64,000 nucleotides of DNA from a virus (IMGVR_UViG_3300021426_000009:1-64000), one strand, 5' to 3'. Shown: positions 35,625 through 45,282, counted from the first letter of the stretch. The notes: generated by a model from the sequence alone, not told the origin. Numbers and translations are program-made.

Positions 35625-37696
35625 ATATCGGAGAAGACCTGAAGACCCGAACCTTCGGTGTGGAGATAGAAATGTGTAACCTCGACAGGCAACTGGTCAA
35701 GCTGCCGGATGGTTACTCATGGAGCAAGGATGAGGAAATCGTGAATACGGACGGGTCGAGCAACAAGCGTTTCGGTGGAGAGGTGAACACCCCTCCACTC
35801 TGTGTTTACAGCATGAAGGACCTCCACAGCCTGAAGGCCTGCTATGACTCCATGAGGGAGGCTGGAGGTGTGATAAAATGGACTACCTACACGCACGTCC
35901 ATGTTTATGCAGGAGACCTGACTGTCGAGCATATAAAGAAGGTATGGCTCTTCTTCTATATCTGCTACCCTTGGTGGAAGAGATACACGAAACTCTCCGA
36001 CTGGGACGAGCTGACGTTCAACTGCCAGCCGCTGCCGACAGAGAAGTACTACAAGGGACTGCTGGAGGCAGAGACCTTCGAGGACATCAACAAGCTGTTC
36101 ACGAACCAGTCGAAGAAGGGATTCATCAGGCATGCCTGCAATATCTCAGCATACTTCAAGACGAAGACCATAGAGTTCAGGACATATCACGGCACGAGCG
36201 ATTTCAGGGAGGCCATGAACTGCGTCCTCTCGACGTACCGTCTGTTCTACTATGCCGTCAACCATGATTTGGATGACTACAAATCCATTTCCTCATATGA
36301 GCAGTTTTTGCAGGCTACGGGACTCAAATACGAGGTCCCAAGAGAGCTTGTTCCTCTACTCTACCAAGGAAACCCCTATAGTGCCATCGAGACGTTCCAG
36401 ACGAGATCCCTGCCGTATAACTCGAAGCAGGCATCGGCATTGTGGGAGGCCGTCAAGAATCACGGGCACAAGGAGCTCTGCATCGTGAACGGCTTCATGT
36501 ACTACTACGAGCTGTTCTTTATGGACAAGGTGAAGCTCTCCATCTATGCCCAGGACCCGTACTGCCATCTGCTGTGGATGATAGCCAACGGCAAGATAAC
36601 GCTGAAGTACAAGGAGAAGTTGTCATGGCTGGAGGACTATAATAACGAAACCCCGTCACGGCAGCTTGCGATTGCCTTGTATGCGGAGAAACTGCAGAAG
36701 TTCTCAATGAGCGATTCCAAGAGGAACGAGGCTGTCATCGAGTCGGTCAAGATACGTGCCAAGGAATCCATCGAGAAGACGGAGAAGGGCTGCGAACGTC
36801 TCATGAAGCTGCTGACCACCTGCGAGTACCATGTTGGAACGCTTCAGGATGCCATACCTCAGAAGAGCGTGATATTCTTCAACTACGGCAAGGACAAGAC
36901 GCAGAAGCGAACGTTCAAGCTGATAGCGGAGAACAGCGACTTGGAAATGGAGTTCAACTGCAAGCGCAATGACTACTACGAGGTGATAGAGTCCCTGCCA
37001 AAGGAGTCATACTTCTATTACTTCAGCAACAGCCCGTACCTGCGTAACATGCACAAGCTGGCCATGTGGGACTCGTCAAGCGGAGACAGGTGGTCTGCAG
37101 GCCGTTTCCTGTACTGCAACAAGCCGAGCAACCAGAATCAGGTCAGCACGTCATACAAGTCGAACCATGTGGAGGTGAACGAGATCGTCCCGCCTGATGA
37201 CCTGGTCATCGACAACCCGAACAGCCTGAAGATAGTAAGGGTCAGCTCATCGTCACTCCATTGTCTTCAGAAGAAGTACATCAAGAAGGTCGACCAGTGC
37301 AGCATGTGCACCTATGCCTTCGTCGTGATGTACGAGAAGTACACCCTCGGAGGCTTCGGCTTCACGCTTCCTCAGCACAAGGGCTACGACCTGTTCCAGC
37401 TGACGGATTTCTGCACGAACAACAATATCCCACGACTGGCGAAGCTGATACTGCTCTGCATACAGACGGCCGGTGTGCAGAAGGAACTCTCACGAAGGAT
37501 GCACAAGCTGTGCGAGAAGGTCATATCATGTGCCTATACGCACAAGCCTGTCAGTATGAAGTACAGGGGTGTCTATACGAAGGTGAAGGAGCATTGCACA
37601 ACCTCATACCTCGCATACGAGGGACAGCTGGGCAAGTTCGCCACCAACAAGGAGGTAATAGAGAAATATCGTAAAATGTTGAATAATGGAAATTGA
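35621..37696 (+). CDS. fusion of amidoligase (COOH-NH2 ligase), degenerate adenine-MTase-like and GNAT/Mom-like domains
   Basis: N-terminal RTFGVEIE, GGEVNTPPL, THVHV, KTIEFR. C-terminal LTDFC..RLAKLILL..AYTHKPVSMKYRG resembles phage 'antirestriction MTase/acyltransferase' proteins. Confidence 0.7.
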   Translation: MNIGEDLKTRTFGVEIEMCNLDRQLVKLPDGYSWSKDEEIVNTDGSSNKRFGGEVNTPPLCVYSMKDLHSLKACYDSMREAGGVIKWTTYTHVHVYAGDLTVEHIKKVWLFFYICYPWWKRYTKLSDWDELTFNCQPLPTEKYYKGLLEAETFEDINKLFTNQSKKGFIRHACNISAYFKTKTIEFRTYHGTSDFREAMNCVLSTYRLFYYAVNHDLDDYKSISSYEQFLQATGLKYEVPRELVPLLYQGNPYSAIETFQTRSLPYNSKQASALWEAVKNHGHKELCIVNGFMYYYELFFMDKVKLSIYAQDPYCHLLWMIANGKITLKYKEKLSWLEDYNNETPSRQLAIALYAEKLQKFSMSDSKRNEAVIESVKIRAKESIEKTEKGCERLMKLLTTCEYHVGTLQDAIPQKSVIFFNYGKDKTQKRTFKLIAENSDLEMEFNCKRNDYYEVIESLPKESYFYYFSNSPYLRNMHKLAMWDSSSGDRWSAGRFLYCNKPSNQNQVSTSYKSNHVEVNEIVPPDDLVIDNPNSLKIVRVSSSSLHCLQKKYIKKVDQCSMCTYAFVVMYEKYTLGGFGFTLPQHKGYDLFQLTDFCTNNNIPRLAKLILLCIQTAGVQKELSRRMHKLCEKVISCAYTHKPVSMKYRGVYTKVKEHCTTSYLAYEGQLGKFATNKEVIEKYRKMLNNGN

Positions 37697-38387
37697 AGAC
37701 AGATGGAAGTACGATGTGGTTGACATCAACCTCATCGACGAGGCGGAACTGAACGCCAATGAAATGACTGGAGAGGACTTCGCCACCTTGTGTGAGAACA
37801 TCGGCAAGTCCGGACTGAGCAGTGTCCCGTGCTGCTACAAGAAGAAGAACGGAAGGTTCGGCATGATAAGCGGCCACCACAGGCTCAGGGCATGCAAGAA
37901 GAACCATTTCGCCAAGATCGGCATCCTTTGGTGTGACGAGGATGAGCTGTCTCAGGATGAGATTATAGCCATCCAGCTGTCTCACAACTCGCTGCACGGA
38001 GAGGACAACAAGAGCATCCTGAAGAAGTTGTTCGAGCAGATTCAGAGCATAGACTTCAAGAAGTTCGCCCACATCAACATCGACGAGGTGGCTCCCGTCA
38101 GCACGGACGGCATCAGCATCTTCGCCTTGAAGGAGAACTTCGTGTTCACGATAATACTCTACCCCAACTCGTTCGAGAACCTTGACGAGCTGTACGGGGA
38201 CATACGTGAGCAGGCAAAGAAGAGCGATGCCCTCATTCTCGCAGACCAGACCAACGAAATGCTTCTGCTGAAGCTGCAGCAGGACATCGGCAACCAGTAT
38301 AACATCAAGTCGCCATCCATCACGTTCGCCAAGCTGCTGGAGCTGGCCAAGGAGAGGCTTGAGGAAGTGAAGGAGGGCAAGGAATGA
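37686..38387 (+). CDS. ParB/Srx-like N-terminal domain protein
   Basis: NANEM..MISGHHRLRAC..IAIQLSHNSLHGED. Confidence 0.85.
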   Translation: MEIEDRWKYDVVDINLIDEAELNANEMTGEDFATLCENIGKSGLSSVPCCYKKKNGRFGMISGHHRLRACKKNHFAKIGILWCDEDELSQDEIIAIQLSHNSLHGEDNKSILKKLFEQIQSIDFKKFAHINIDEVAPVSTDGISIFALKENFVFTIILYPNSFENLDELYGDIREQAKKSDALILADQTNEMLLLKLQQDIGNQYNIKSPSITFAKLLELAKERLEEVKEGKE

Positions 38388-39250
38388 TCTGGACGATAGT
38401 AAGCAAGGCCGAAATGGAGGGGTATGCCATCCCTCCAGTCTTCCAGTATTACAGGGAGGTAATAGGCAGGGAGAACATCAGCCTGTCTGTAGTGGACGAG
38501 GATGACCCTCTCGACTTCATCAGATATGGTGATTTGGTGCTGTTACGCACGGCAAGCAGGAAGCTCATCGAGACGATAGAGAGTAAGGGTGTGGCCACTA
38601 CGGCAGAGCACTACTCGGTCTATCAGCAGGCAAGCGACAAGGCAGAGCTGGGACGCTTTCTCTTCGAGCATGGCATCAAGGTGCCGAGACAGTACAGCAT
38701 CGACAACCTCCAGCCGGGAAGCACGTATTTCGTCAAGCCTCGTTACGGAAGCGAGAGCTTCGGCATTACGGAACACAATATATGCCACAGCAAGGAAGAT
38801 GTCAGGTTTCAGGTCATGCGGCTGCAGGAACTGGGCTATGAGAGTATCATCGAGGAGTTCATCGATGGAAATGATGCGACTGTAGCCTGCTATTACAATC
38901 CTGAGAACAGCGTAGTGTATGCCCATGCCATTGCCGTCGATTGTGAGACGAAGGGCTCCATTCAGACGCACAAGGGCAAGTTCGACTACAATGAGTACTG
39001 CTATGCACTGAGAGGATCTGTAGGCAAGAAGGCTTGCGCCATGAGCAGGGAGGTGTTCAGATTACTCGGCATCAGGCATCATGCGAGGATAGACTTCCGC
39101 TTCACGGAGAGAGGTGATGTGTACCTCATCGACGTGAACCTGCTGCCCGGCCTCGGTCCGTCGGCTCATTTCTCGAAATGCCTGCTTCTGACGGAGAACA
39201 TTTCGTATGCGGACACCATCATGAACATTTTGAAATCAGCAAGAGGATAG
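38384..39250 (+). CDS. ATP-grasp ligase (Ddl-like)
   Basis: YFVKPRYGSESFGI, IIEEFIDG, ARIDFR and LIDVNLLPGL. Confidence 0.85.
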   Translation: MIWTIVSKAEMEGYAIPPVFQYYREVIGRENISLSVVDEDDPLDFIRYGDLVLLRTASRKLIETIESKGVATTAEHYSVYQQASDKAELGRFLFEHGIKVPRQYSIDNLQPGSTYFVKPRYGSESFGITEHNICHSKEDVRFQVMRLQELGYESIIEEFIDGNDATVACYYNPENSVVYAHAIAVDCETKGSIQTHKGKFDYNEYCYALRGSVGKKACAMSREVFRLLGIRHHARIDFRFTERGDVYLIDVNLLPGLGPSAHFSKCLLLTENISYADTIMNILKSARG

Positions 39251-39252
39251 AT

Positions 39253-39606
39253 ATGGCAAAGAACATTTCGATTGAGGACATCGTAAAGATGTACGAGAAG
39301 AAGGGTTGCAACATCACGGCAACCTGTGCTGCCCTGAATATCTCCCGTAAGACTTTCTACGAATGGAAGGAGAAGAAGAAGAAGCTCGCAGAGGGTCTGG
39401 AGGAGGCAGAGGAGGCTGTCCTCGACTGGGCAGAGAGCAAGCTGAAGGAGCATATCCAGAACGATGATCTGCAGGCCCTGATATTCTTCCTGAAGACGAA
39501 GGGTAAGAAGAGGGGCTATGTAGAGAAGACGGAGACCGACGTGAACATCAACCAATTCGAAAAGCTCATGCAGGAAACGGAGGATGATGACGATGACGAT
39601 GAGTAA
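39253..39606 (+). CDS. terS: terminase small subunit
   Basis: HTH (ATCAALNISRKTFYEW), IFFLKTKGKKRGYVE; abuts TerL. Confidence 0.85.
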   Translation: MAKNISIEDIVKMYEKKGCNITATCAALNISRKTFYEWKEKKKKLAEGLEEAEEAVLDWAESKLKEHIQNDDLQALIFFLKTKGKKRGYVEKTETDVNINQFEKLMQETEDDDDDDE

Positions 39607-41117
39607 TGGGTAGTTCCGACAAGCGACATAACAAGATGCGAGCGTGGCGCAAGGACTGGTGTTTATTCGCCAAGCAAGTGCTCCACGCTCGTCTCGACAA
39701 AGAGCAGAAGGAAATCCTGCGAGCCATACAGAATGAACGCATGGTTGCCGTAGCTTCGGGTACAGCCCGAGGCAAGGACTATATTGCCGCTGTCGCATGC
39801 CTGTGCTTCATGTACCTCACTCCCCGATGGAAGGACGGCCGTCTGGTGAAGAATACCAAGATTGCGATGACGGCTCCTACCGACCGACAGGTGAGGAACA
39901 TCATGGTTCCTGAGGTCAGACGTCTCTACAAGGCCGCTCAGGTGCTGCCTGGCCGTCTTGTCGGCTATGACATACGAACGGAGTATGAGGAATGGTTCCT
40001 GACAGGCTTCAAGTCGAGTGCGGACAATACGGAGGCATGGTCTGGATTCCATGCCGTGAACACGATGTTCGTGGTGACGGAGGCATCGGGTATCTCGGAG
40101 ACTATTTACAATGCCATCGAGGGTAACCTGCAGGGCAACTCACGACTGCTGCTTGTGTTCAACCCGAACGTAACTACTGGCTATGCGGCCAATGCCATGA
40201 AGTCGGCACGTTTCAAGAAATTCAGGCTCAACTCCCTGAATGCCGAGAACGTTGTCAGGAAGAAGAACGTCATCCCAGGTCAGGTGGACTATGAATGGGT
40301 GAAGGATAAGGTCGAGAACTGGTGCATCCCCATCAGGGAGGAAGATGTCAACGAGGGAGAGGGAGACTTCTTCTGGGAAGGACGCTGGTACAGACCGAAC
40401 GACCTCTTCCGTGTCAAGGTTCTCGGAATGTTCCCGAAGGTGGCGGAGGACGTGCTCATACCATACGAATGGGTGGAGATTGCCAACAGACGATGGCTGG
40501 AGCTTCAGGAGGAGGGCTTCACCACGAAGAAGAAATGCAGACTCGGTGTCGACGTGGCCGGTATGGGTCGAGACTCGTCCGTCCTGTCCCCGAGATACGG
40601 TAACTACCTCGGAGAGTTCGAAGTCCACAACTCCGCTGGTGTGGCAGACCACATGCACGTCGCAGGCATGGTGTCCAACTACCTCGTCAAGAAAGGCACG
40701 AAGGCCTTCATCGATACCATCGGTGAGGGTGCAGGTGTCTATTCGAGGCTGAAAGAACTCGGCTACGACTATGCCTATTCGTGCAAGTTCTCGGAGAATG
40801 CCAACGGCCTCCATGACATCACGGAGGTCTATACGTTCGCCAATATGCGTGCCTACCTGTACTGGGCTGTCAGGGACTGGCTGAACCCGAAGAACGGCTT
40901 CGAGCCTGCCGTACCGCCAAACGATCTGTTTATGCAGGAGTGTACGGAGGTGCACTGGAAGTTCCAGAGCAGCGGAAGCATCATCATAGAGAGCAAGGAT
41001 GACATCAAGAAGCGCCTCGGAAGGTCTCCTGACTACCTCGATTCGGTGGCCAACACGTTCTACCCGAGGGACTACGAGACACTGCAGGAAAGCGAGATTT
41101 TCGGAGATTTCCTCTAA
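39606..41117 (+). CDS. terL: terminase large subunit
   Basis: VASGTARGKD Walker-like motif, VVTEASG, LGVDVAGMGRD nuclease, KKRLGRSPDYLDS. Confidence 0.9.
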   Translation: MGSSDKRHNKMRAWRKDWCLFAKQVLHARLDKEQKEILRAIQNERMVAVASGTARGKDYIAAVACLCFMYLTPRWKDGRLVKNTKIAMTAPTDRQVRNIMVPEVRRLYKAAQVLPGRLVGYDIRTEYEEWFLTGFKSSADNTEAWSGFHAVNTMFVVTEASGISETIYNAIEGNLQGNSRLLLVFNPNVTTGYAANAMKSARFKKFRLNSLNAENVVRKKNVIPGQVDYEWVKDKVENWCIPIREEDVNEGEGDFFWEGRWYRPNDLFRVKVLGMFPKVAEDVLIPYEWVEIANRRWLELQEEGFTTKKKCRLGVDVAGMGRDSSVLSPRYGNYLGEFEVHNSAGVADHMHVAGMVSNYLVKKGTKAFIDTIGEGAGVYSRLKELGYDYAYSCKFSENANGLHDITEVYTFANMRAYLYWAVRDWLNPKNGFEPAVPPNDLFMQECTEVHWKFQSSGSIIIESKDDIKKRLGRSPDYLDSVANTFYPRDYETLQESEIFGDFL

Positions 41118-41254
41118 AAAACTTGTTTGTTTCGGGAAAATTGCCTATCTTTGCAGCGTTTCTTATAATGAAGCTGCGTTTCAGCAGATTCATTGCTCTT
41201 GCCAGTCCAAGTCGTGAGACTATGGGCTGGTTATTTTTTTGTGTGCTTTTGAAA

Positions 41255-41374
41255 AAGTTAAACATTCTGAATATCAAGTTGTTAGCTTGAAAAAAGGCAC
41301 GAAAAAATTTGGAAAATTGCAAAAAAATGACTACCTTTACACTATAAATAAGAAACATAAAAAACAGAAGAGCA
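41255..41374 (+). promoter_or_regulatory. repeated early-type promoter/leader, copy 4
   Basis: Same conserved blocks; perfect IHF-like TATCAAGTTGTTA. Confidence 0.75.
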
Positions 41375-41542
41375 ATGAAGAAAGAAGAATTGAAAAAGCA
41401 GCTCAGAAATCGTTCAAACGAAGAACTGAGGGAGGCAATGAGAATCCTCTACACCGCAAAGGTCCCGAACCACGAGGAACTGGTTGAGACGGCAAACGTC
41501 TATTCGGAAGTGCTGAAGGAAAGAGGAGTAGCAGAAGCATAA
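41375..41542 (+). CDS. 55-aa hypothetical protein (not in ORF track)
   Basis: MKKEELKKQLRNRSNEELREAM...; AAGAGCAATG leader. Confidence 0.7.
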   Translation: MKKEELKKQLRNRSNEELREAMRILYTAKVPNHEELVETANVYSEVLKERGVAEA

Positions 41543-41584
41543 GAGTTATAAGAAACATAGTATTCATCTAAAAAGACAAGAGCA

Positions 41585-41977
41585 ATGAAGGAAGTTAAGA
41601 AGTTTTTGGTTTACTACAACGAAAGTAGAGAGTTGATCGGAATGAGGGAACACCACTTCGATTGGGAAGAGGGTGACACCATCACGACCGATGGAGTAAG
41701 CACCGTGATTTTCGGCATCTTCGAGGGAACGAAGAAGAACCTGAGTCTGGCACACAGGATGTTCGACACCCTCCGCAAGTACCTGCCGAAGAAGAAGGAG
41801 GTGAGAGTCCTCGATGAGGGCTTCGTGAAGACCGGTGATGCGTTCGAGGATATGATGAACGCAATGCTCCACAGCCACTATGAGTTGGTGGACGTTCACA
41901 AGAAGGTATGGAGAGACTTCGATGCACAGCTGGACTTCGTAGACAGCGTGTTCGCAGAAATGGAAGAAATGAAGTAA
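41585..41977 (+). CDS. hypothetical protein
   Basis: AAGAGCAATG leader. Confidence 0.7.
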   Translation: MKEVKKFLVYYNESRELIGMREHHFDWEEGDTITTDGVSTVIFGIFEGTKKNLSLAHRMFDTLRKYLPKKKEVRVLDEGFVKTGDAFEDMMNAMLHSHYELVDVHKKVWRDFDAQLDFVDSVFAEMEEMK

Positions 41978-41991
41978 GAAAGGAGGACGAT

Positions 41992-42153
41992 ATGAGACAG
42001 GTTATCATCGACATCATCAAGGAAGGTTGGAAGAAGAACCAAGATGTACTTGACGTTATAGGGAACATAGTGAAGGCGACAGGACTGCATGAGCGTTTTG
42101 CAAGGGAGCAGTTCTGCAAGCTTGTATTCGTAGCGAAGGAGGAAGAGTCATGA
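41992..42153 (+). CDS. small hypothetical protein
   Basis: Coupled ORF. Confidence 0.6.
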   Translation: MRQVIIDIIKEGWKKNQDVLDVIGNIVKATGLHERFAREQFCKLVFVAKEEES

Positions 42154-42392
42154 AGCATTTGGGAAAGTTCAAGATACCTGAGTATGCTATATGTGCCATC
42201 GAGTATGGGGATTTCAGTGGCCTCTCTGACGAGGATGAACAGAACGTCAATGAGTTCCTGGAGCGTGAATGTCCGAACGGCTGCGTCGTTGACTGGCATT
42301 CGGACGATGAGGATAATGAGCCATACTTCTGCAGCTACCCAGAGTTCGGGCTGGCTGCAACGGTGGTGGATGCTGATTTTTACGAACCATAA
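42150..42392 (+). CDS. small acidic hypothetical protein
   Basis: ATGA-coupled. Confidence 0.7.
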   Translation: MKHLGKFKIPEYAICAIEYGDFSGLSDEDEQNVNEFLERECPNGCVVDWHSDDEDNEPYFCSYPEFGLAATVVDADFYEP

Positions 42393-42404
42393 AAGATAAG
42401 AGCA

Positions 42405-42803
42405 ATGAAGACTGTAGTAGAATGGAAGAATAAGAAAATTGAGGTCAGCAGCCGATATGTCGGCTACGACACCCCTCCCTTCGGTGGTAACAAGCGTAGT
42501 CATTTCAAGGTGTCAATAGCCGTGTCAGGCAAGGGAGGTGACAGGATTTTCAGGTCGGACTTTTGGCAGAGGGACAAGAAGATGAGAGCCCAGGATCTGC
42601 GTGAAGCCCTTGAGTGCTTCTGCAGCGATGCCATCGGAGGAGACATGAGCGTAGAGGATTTCAGGGACGAGTTCGGCTATGATGACATCGACAGGCTGTT
42701 CAAGGTGCACAATGCCTGCAAGGACTGTTTCGAGAACTTCAGGCACCTCGGCCTTGACCCCTATGAGCTGAGCAACTGGCTCAGGGAGAAGTACGATATA
42801 TAA
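42405..42803 (+). CDS. hypothetical protein
   Basis: AAGAGCAATG leader. Confidence 0.7.
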   Translation: MKTVVEWKNKKIEVSSRYVGYDTPPFGGNKRSHFKVSIAVSGKGGDRIFRSDFWQRDKKMRAQDLREALECFCSDAIGGDMSVEDFRDEFGYDDIDRLFKVHNACKDCFENFRHLGLDPYELSNWLREKYDI

Positions 42804-42895
42804 TCGCGATTAGAGCAAATTGATTGCTCTTCAATAGATGAAGACCCCTATGCTGGTCTGTGAAGATAGGCATAGGTTTTTCGGAAACCCTTTAA

Positions 42896-43156
42896 ATGAA
42901 TGAAGATATGAGACTACAAGTTGAAATCCATGTAATGGCAGAGCAGGAAGCTCTCGCAAGTTATCACCTCAACTGGGACGCTGCACTCAGGGAGCAGTTC
43001 GACTATCAGGGTGGTGGTGTATGGTATTCGTCTGGCAGATATGAGGTCGGCTATGACGATGAGGCAGCCAAATCTCTCAAGGAGTTCGCAGACGAGCGAT
43101 TGAAGGAGCATGGTGTGACGGAGTTCTACACCGAGATAAACGAGATAGACGATTAG
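42896..43156 (+). CDS. hypothetical protein
   Basis: ORF track. Confidence 0.65.
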   Translation: MNEDMRLQVEIHVMAEQEALASYHLNWDAALREQFDYQGGGVWYSSGRYEVGYDDEAAKSLKEFADERLKEHGVTEFYTEINEIDD

Positions 43157-43158
43157 CT

Positions 43159-43446
43159 ATGGGCAAGGTATTCGAGAACACGGGAAAGAAACTCTGCATC
43201 TACAGCGACAGCGGAGAGTTCAGGCTGACCGCAACGAGAAGGGCTCTGATGGACGAGTGGAACGGGGCAATGCACTTCGTCGGCTCACGATGGTATATCG
43301 AGACGCACAGGAGAGATGGGTACAACTACGTGCCGTACCGATTCGCAGGTCTGGAGTACATCGTCAAGAAGAAGCAGGACATCATGAACCAGCTCAGACG
43401 GTCTGTCCAGTTCAAGCAGGCATATGCCGAATTGAGCAGCGGTTGA
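43159..43446 (+). CDS. hypothetical protein
   Basis: ORF track. Confidence 0.65.
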   Translation: MGKVFENTGKKLCIYSDSGEFRLTATRRALMDEWNGAMHFVGSRWYIETHRRDGYNYVPYRFAGLEYIVKKKQDIMNQLRRSVQFKQAYAELSSG

Positions 43447-43508
43447 AGGCCGCAGACATACAAAAAGAAGTGAAAACGCTTGGAATTTAGCAAATTTTTC
43501 AGAAAAAA

Positions 43509-43541
43509 TGCTTGATTTTCAAGCGTTTTTTATATCTTTGC
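43509..43541 (+). promoter_or_regulatory. 17-bp palindrome plus -7 box upstream of portal
   Basis: TGCTTGATTTTCAAGCG followed by TATCTTTG. Confidence 0.6.
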
Positions 43542-43564
43542 AGCGTTATAACACTTTTTTGAGC

Positions 43565-45007
43565 ATGCCTTTAGATGAAATTTTCAATGGTGATTCGGCT
43601 GGAACCATCATATCCAAGCTGAAGAAGAAGTCAGTGGAGGTCCCCAGTTGGGATGTTCTGCTGAAGGATTACGAGCCTACCATGCACAAGATCGTCGGCG
43701 ACATCTTGGGACGCAAGGACAGGCAGCGTTCTGACGGTGTCATGGAGTACGCAAGCCGTATCTATGTCGGTATGGAGAAGCTCCTGTGCCGTAGATACAA
43801 CGAGTACACGTTCTCTCTCCCCGTGAAGCGCAACTATTCGAACATTGACGATAACGAGACAAGACAGGAGATTGCCAATGCCATTGAAGCCATCTACAAG
43901 CATGCACGTATCGATGCCGTGAACCTCAAGCGAGGCCTTGCATACTATGCCTGCTGCGAGATATTCACGATATGGTACACGGTGGACAAGCCGAACACTC
44001 TCTACGGCTTCAACAGCCCGTACAAGCTGAAATGCAAGACGTACTCTCCGATGGAGGGCTATTCACTCTATCCCCTGCTCGACGAAATGGATGACATGAT
44101 AGCCATGTCCATCGAGTACAAGAAGAAGATCGACAACACAGACGTGACGTTCTTCGAGACCTTCACGGCAGACAAGCACTACAAGTGGAGACAGGACGGC
44201 AACAGCGTTGACGGATGGTCTCCAGTAGCCATTGAAGGCTCCAAGGAAGGTGAGTCGGTGGGCAGCGTTTCCATCGAGATCGAGAAGATTCCAGGAGCAT
44301 ACCTTTGGAGGCCCGCCCCTGTGTATCACGGGCTGACATACCTGCGTGAGGAGATTGAGTACACCCTCTCCCGCAACAGCGATGTCATTGCGTACAACTC
44401 CGCACCTGTCCTGAAGATTTCAGGAGAGATAAAGGGTGAGGAGGCCAAGGGAGAGTCACGTCGTGCCTTCCGCATGGAGAATGGCGGTGATGTGTCCTAC
44501 GTGTCATGGAACCAATCGGTGGAAGCCCTGAAGTACCATATCGACATGCTGATAAAGCTGTTCTTCATGCAGGCACAGATGCCGGACGTTTCCTTCGACA
44601 ACCTGAAGGGACTCGGTAGCATCGGCTATGATGCAAGGCAGACCCTGTTCACGGATGCGCACCTGAAGATCGGTGACGAGGCAGGACCTTGGGTGGAGTT
44701 CCTTGAGCGTGAGTGCAATGTTATCAAGGCCTTCCTGAAGAAGATGAATGTCAAATGGGCAAATGAGATTGACAATGTGGACATCGAGCACATCATCACT
44801 CCGTTCGTACAGAACGACGAGAAGTACGAGATTGAGAAGTGGATGAAAGCCAATGGCGACAAGCCTCTTGTCGGACATCTTGAATCCATCCGCAAGGCAG
44901 GTGTCTCGGAAGACCCTGATGCAGCATACGAGGAGTATAACAGGGAGCAGAACGAATCGCTCGAGAGCCGTGTCCAGAACATCTTCGGAGGAGCGTCCGC
45001 TGAATAG
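43565..45007 (+). CDS. portal protein (SPP1 gp6-like)
   Basis: About 480 aa, downstream of TerL, typical Bacteroidetes portal sequence. Confidence 0.85.
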   Translation: MPLDEIFNGDSAGTIISKLKKKSVEVPSWDVLLKDYEPTMHKIVGDILGRKDRQRSDGVMEYASRIYVGMEKLLCRRYNEYTFSLPVKRNYSNIDDNETRQEIANAIEAIYKHARIDAVNLKRGLAYYACCEIFTIWYTVDKPNTLYGFNSPYKLKCKTYSPMEGYSLYPLLDEMDDMIAMSIEYKKKIDNTDVTFFETFTADKHYKWRQDGNSVDGWSPVAIEGSKEGESVGSVSIEIEKIPGAYLWRPAPVYHGLTYLREEIEYTLSRNSDVIAYNSAPVLKISGEIKGEEAKGESRRAFRMENGGDVSYVSWNQSVEALKYHIDMLIKLFFMQAQMPDVSFDNLKGLGSIGYDARQTLFTDAHLKIGDEAGPWVEFLERECNVIKAFLKKMNVKWANEIDNVDIEHIITPFVQNDEKYEIEKWMKANGDKPLVGHLESIRKAGVSEDPDAAYEEYNREQNESLESRVQNIFGGASAE

Positions 45008-45030
45008 TCAACCGATAGAATGAGTGTGTC

Positions 45031-45282
45031 ATGGCAGGAAGGGGTGCAAACAAAAATCCTGAGCCGAAGCAGCCGGCCGTCGTGCATTTCTGCAGGGAGT
45101 GTGCCAACTGCACGGAGGTGTGGGAACCATCAAACCTCCTATCTCTCAAAGGAGAGCCGACACTCGGCACATGTCCGTACTGGACTCAGTCAAGATGCGT
45201 ACTGCTCAGCCAGAAGGCATGCAAGGAACATTTCAAACCAAGGAAGCAAGATGCCACCAGTAATAGCGTTCAGCAAGTTTAA
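45031..45282 (+). CDS. small Cys-rich protein
   Basis: CRECANC..CPY..C. Confidence 0.6.
   Translation: MAGRGANKNPEPKQPAVVHFCRECANCTEVWEPSNLLSLKGEPTLGTCPYWTQSRCVLLSQKACKEHFKPRKQDATSNSVQQV

Noticed and set aside
42801-42830. Palindrome TAATCGCGATTA plus AGAGCAA/TTGCTCT inverted repeat
   Set aside because: Single occurrence; cannot be distinguished from a terminator-adjacent or chance structure.
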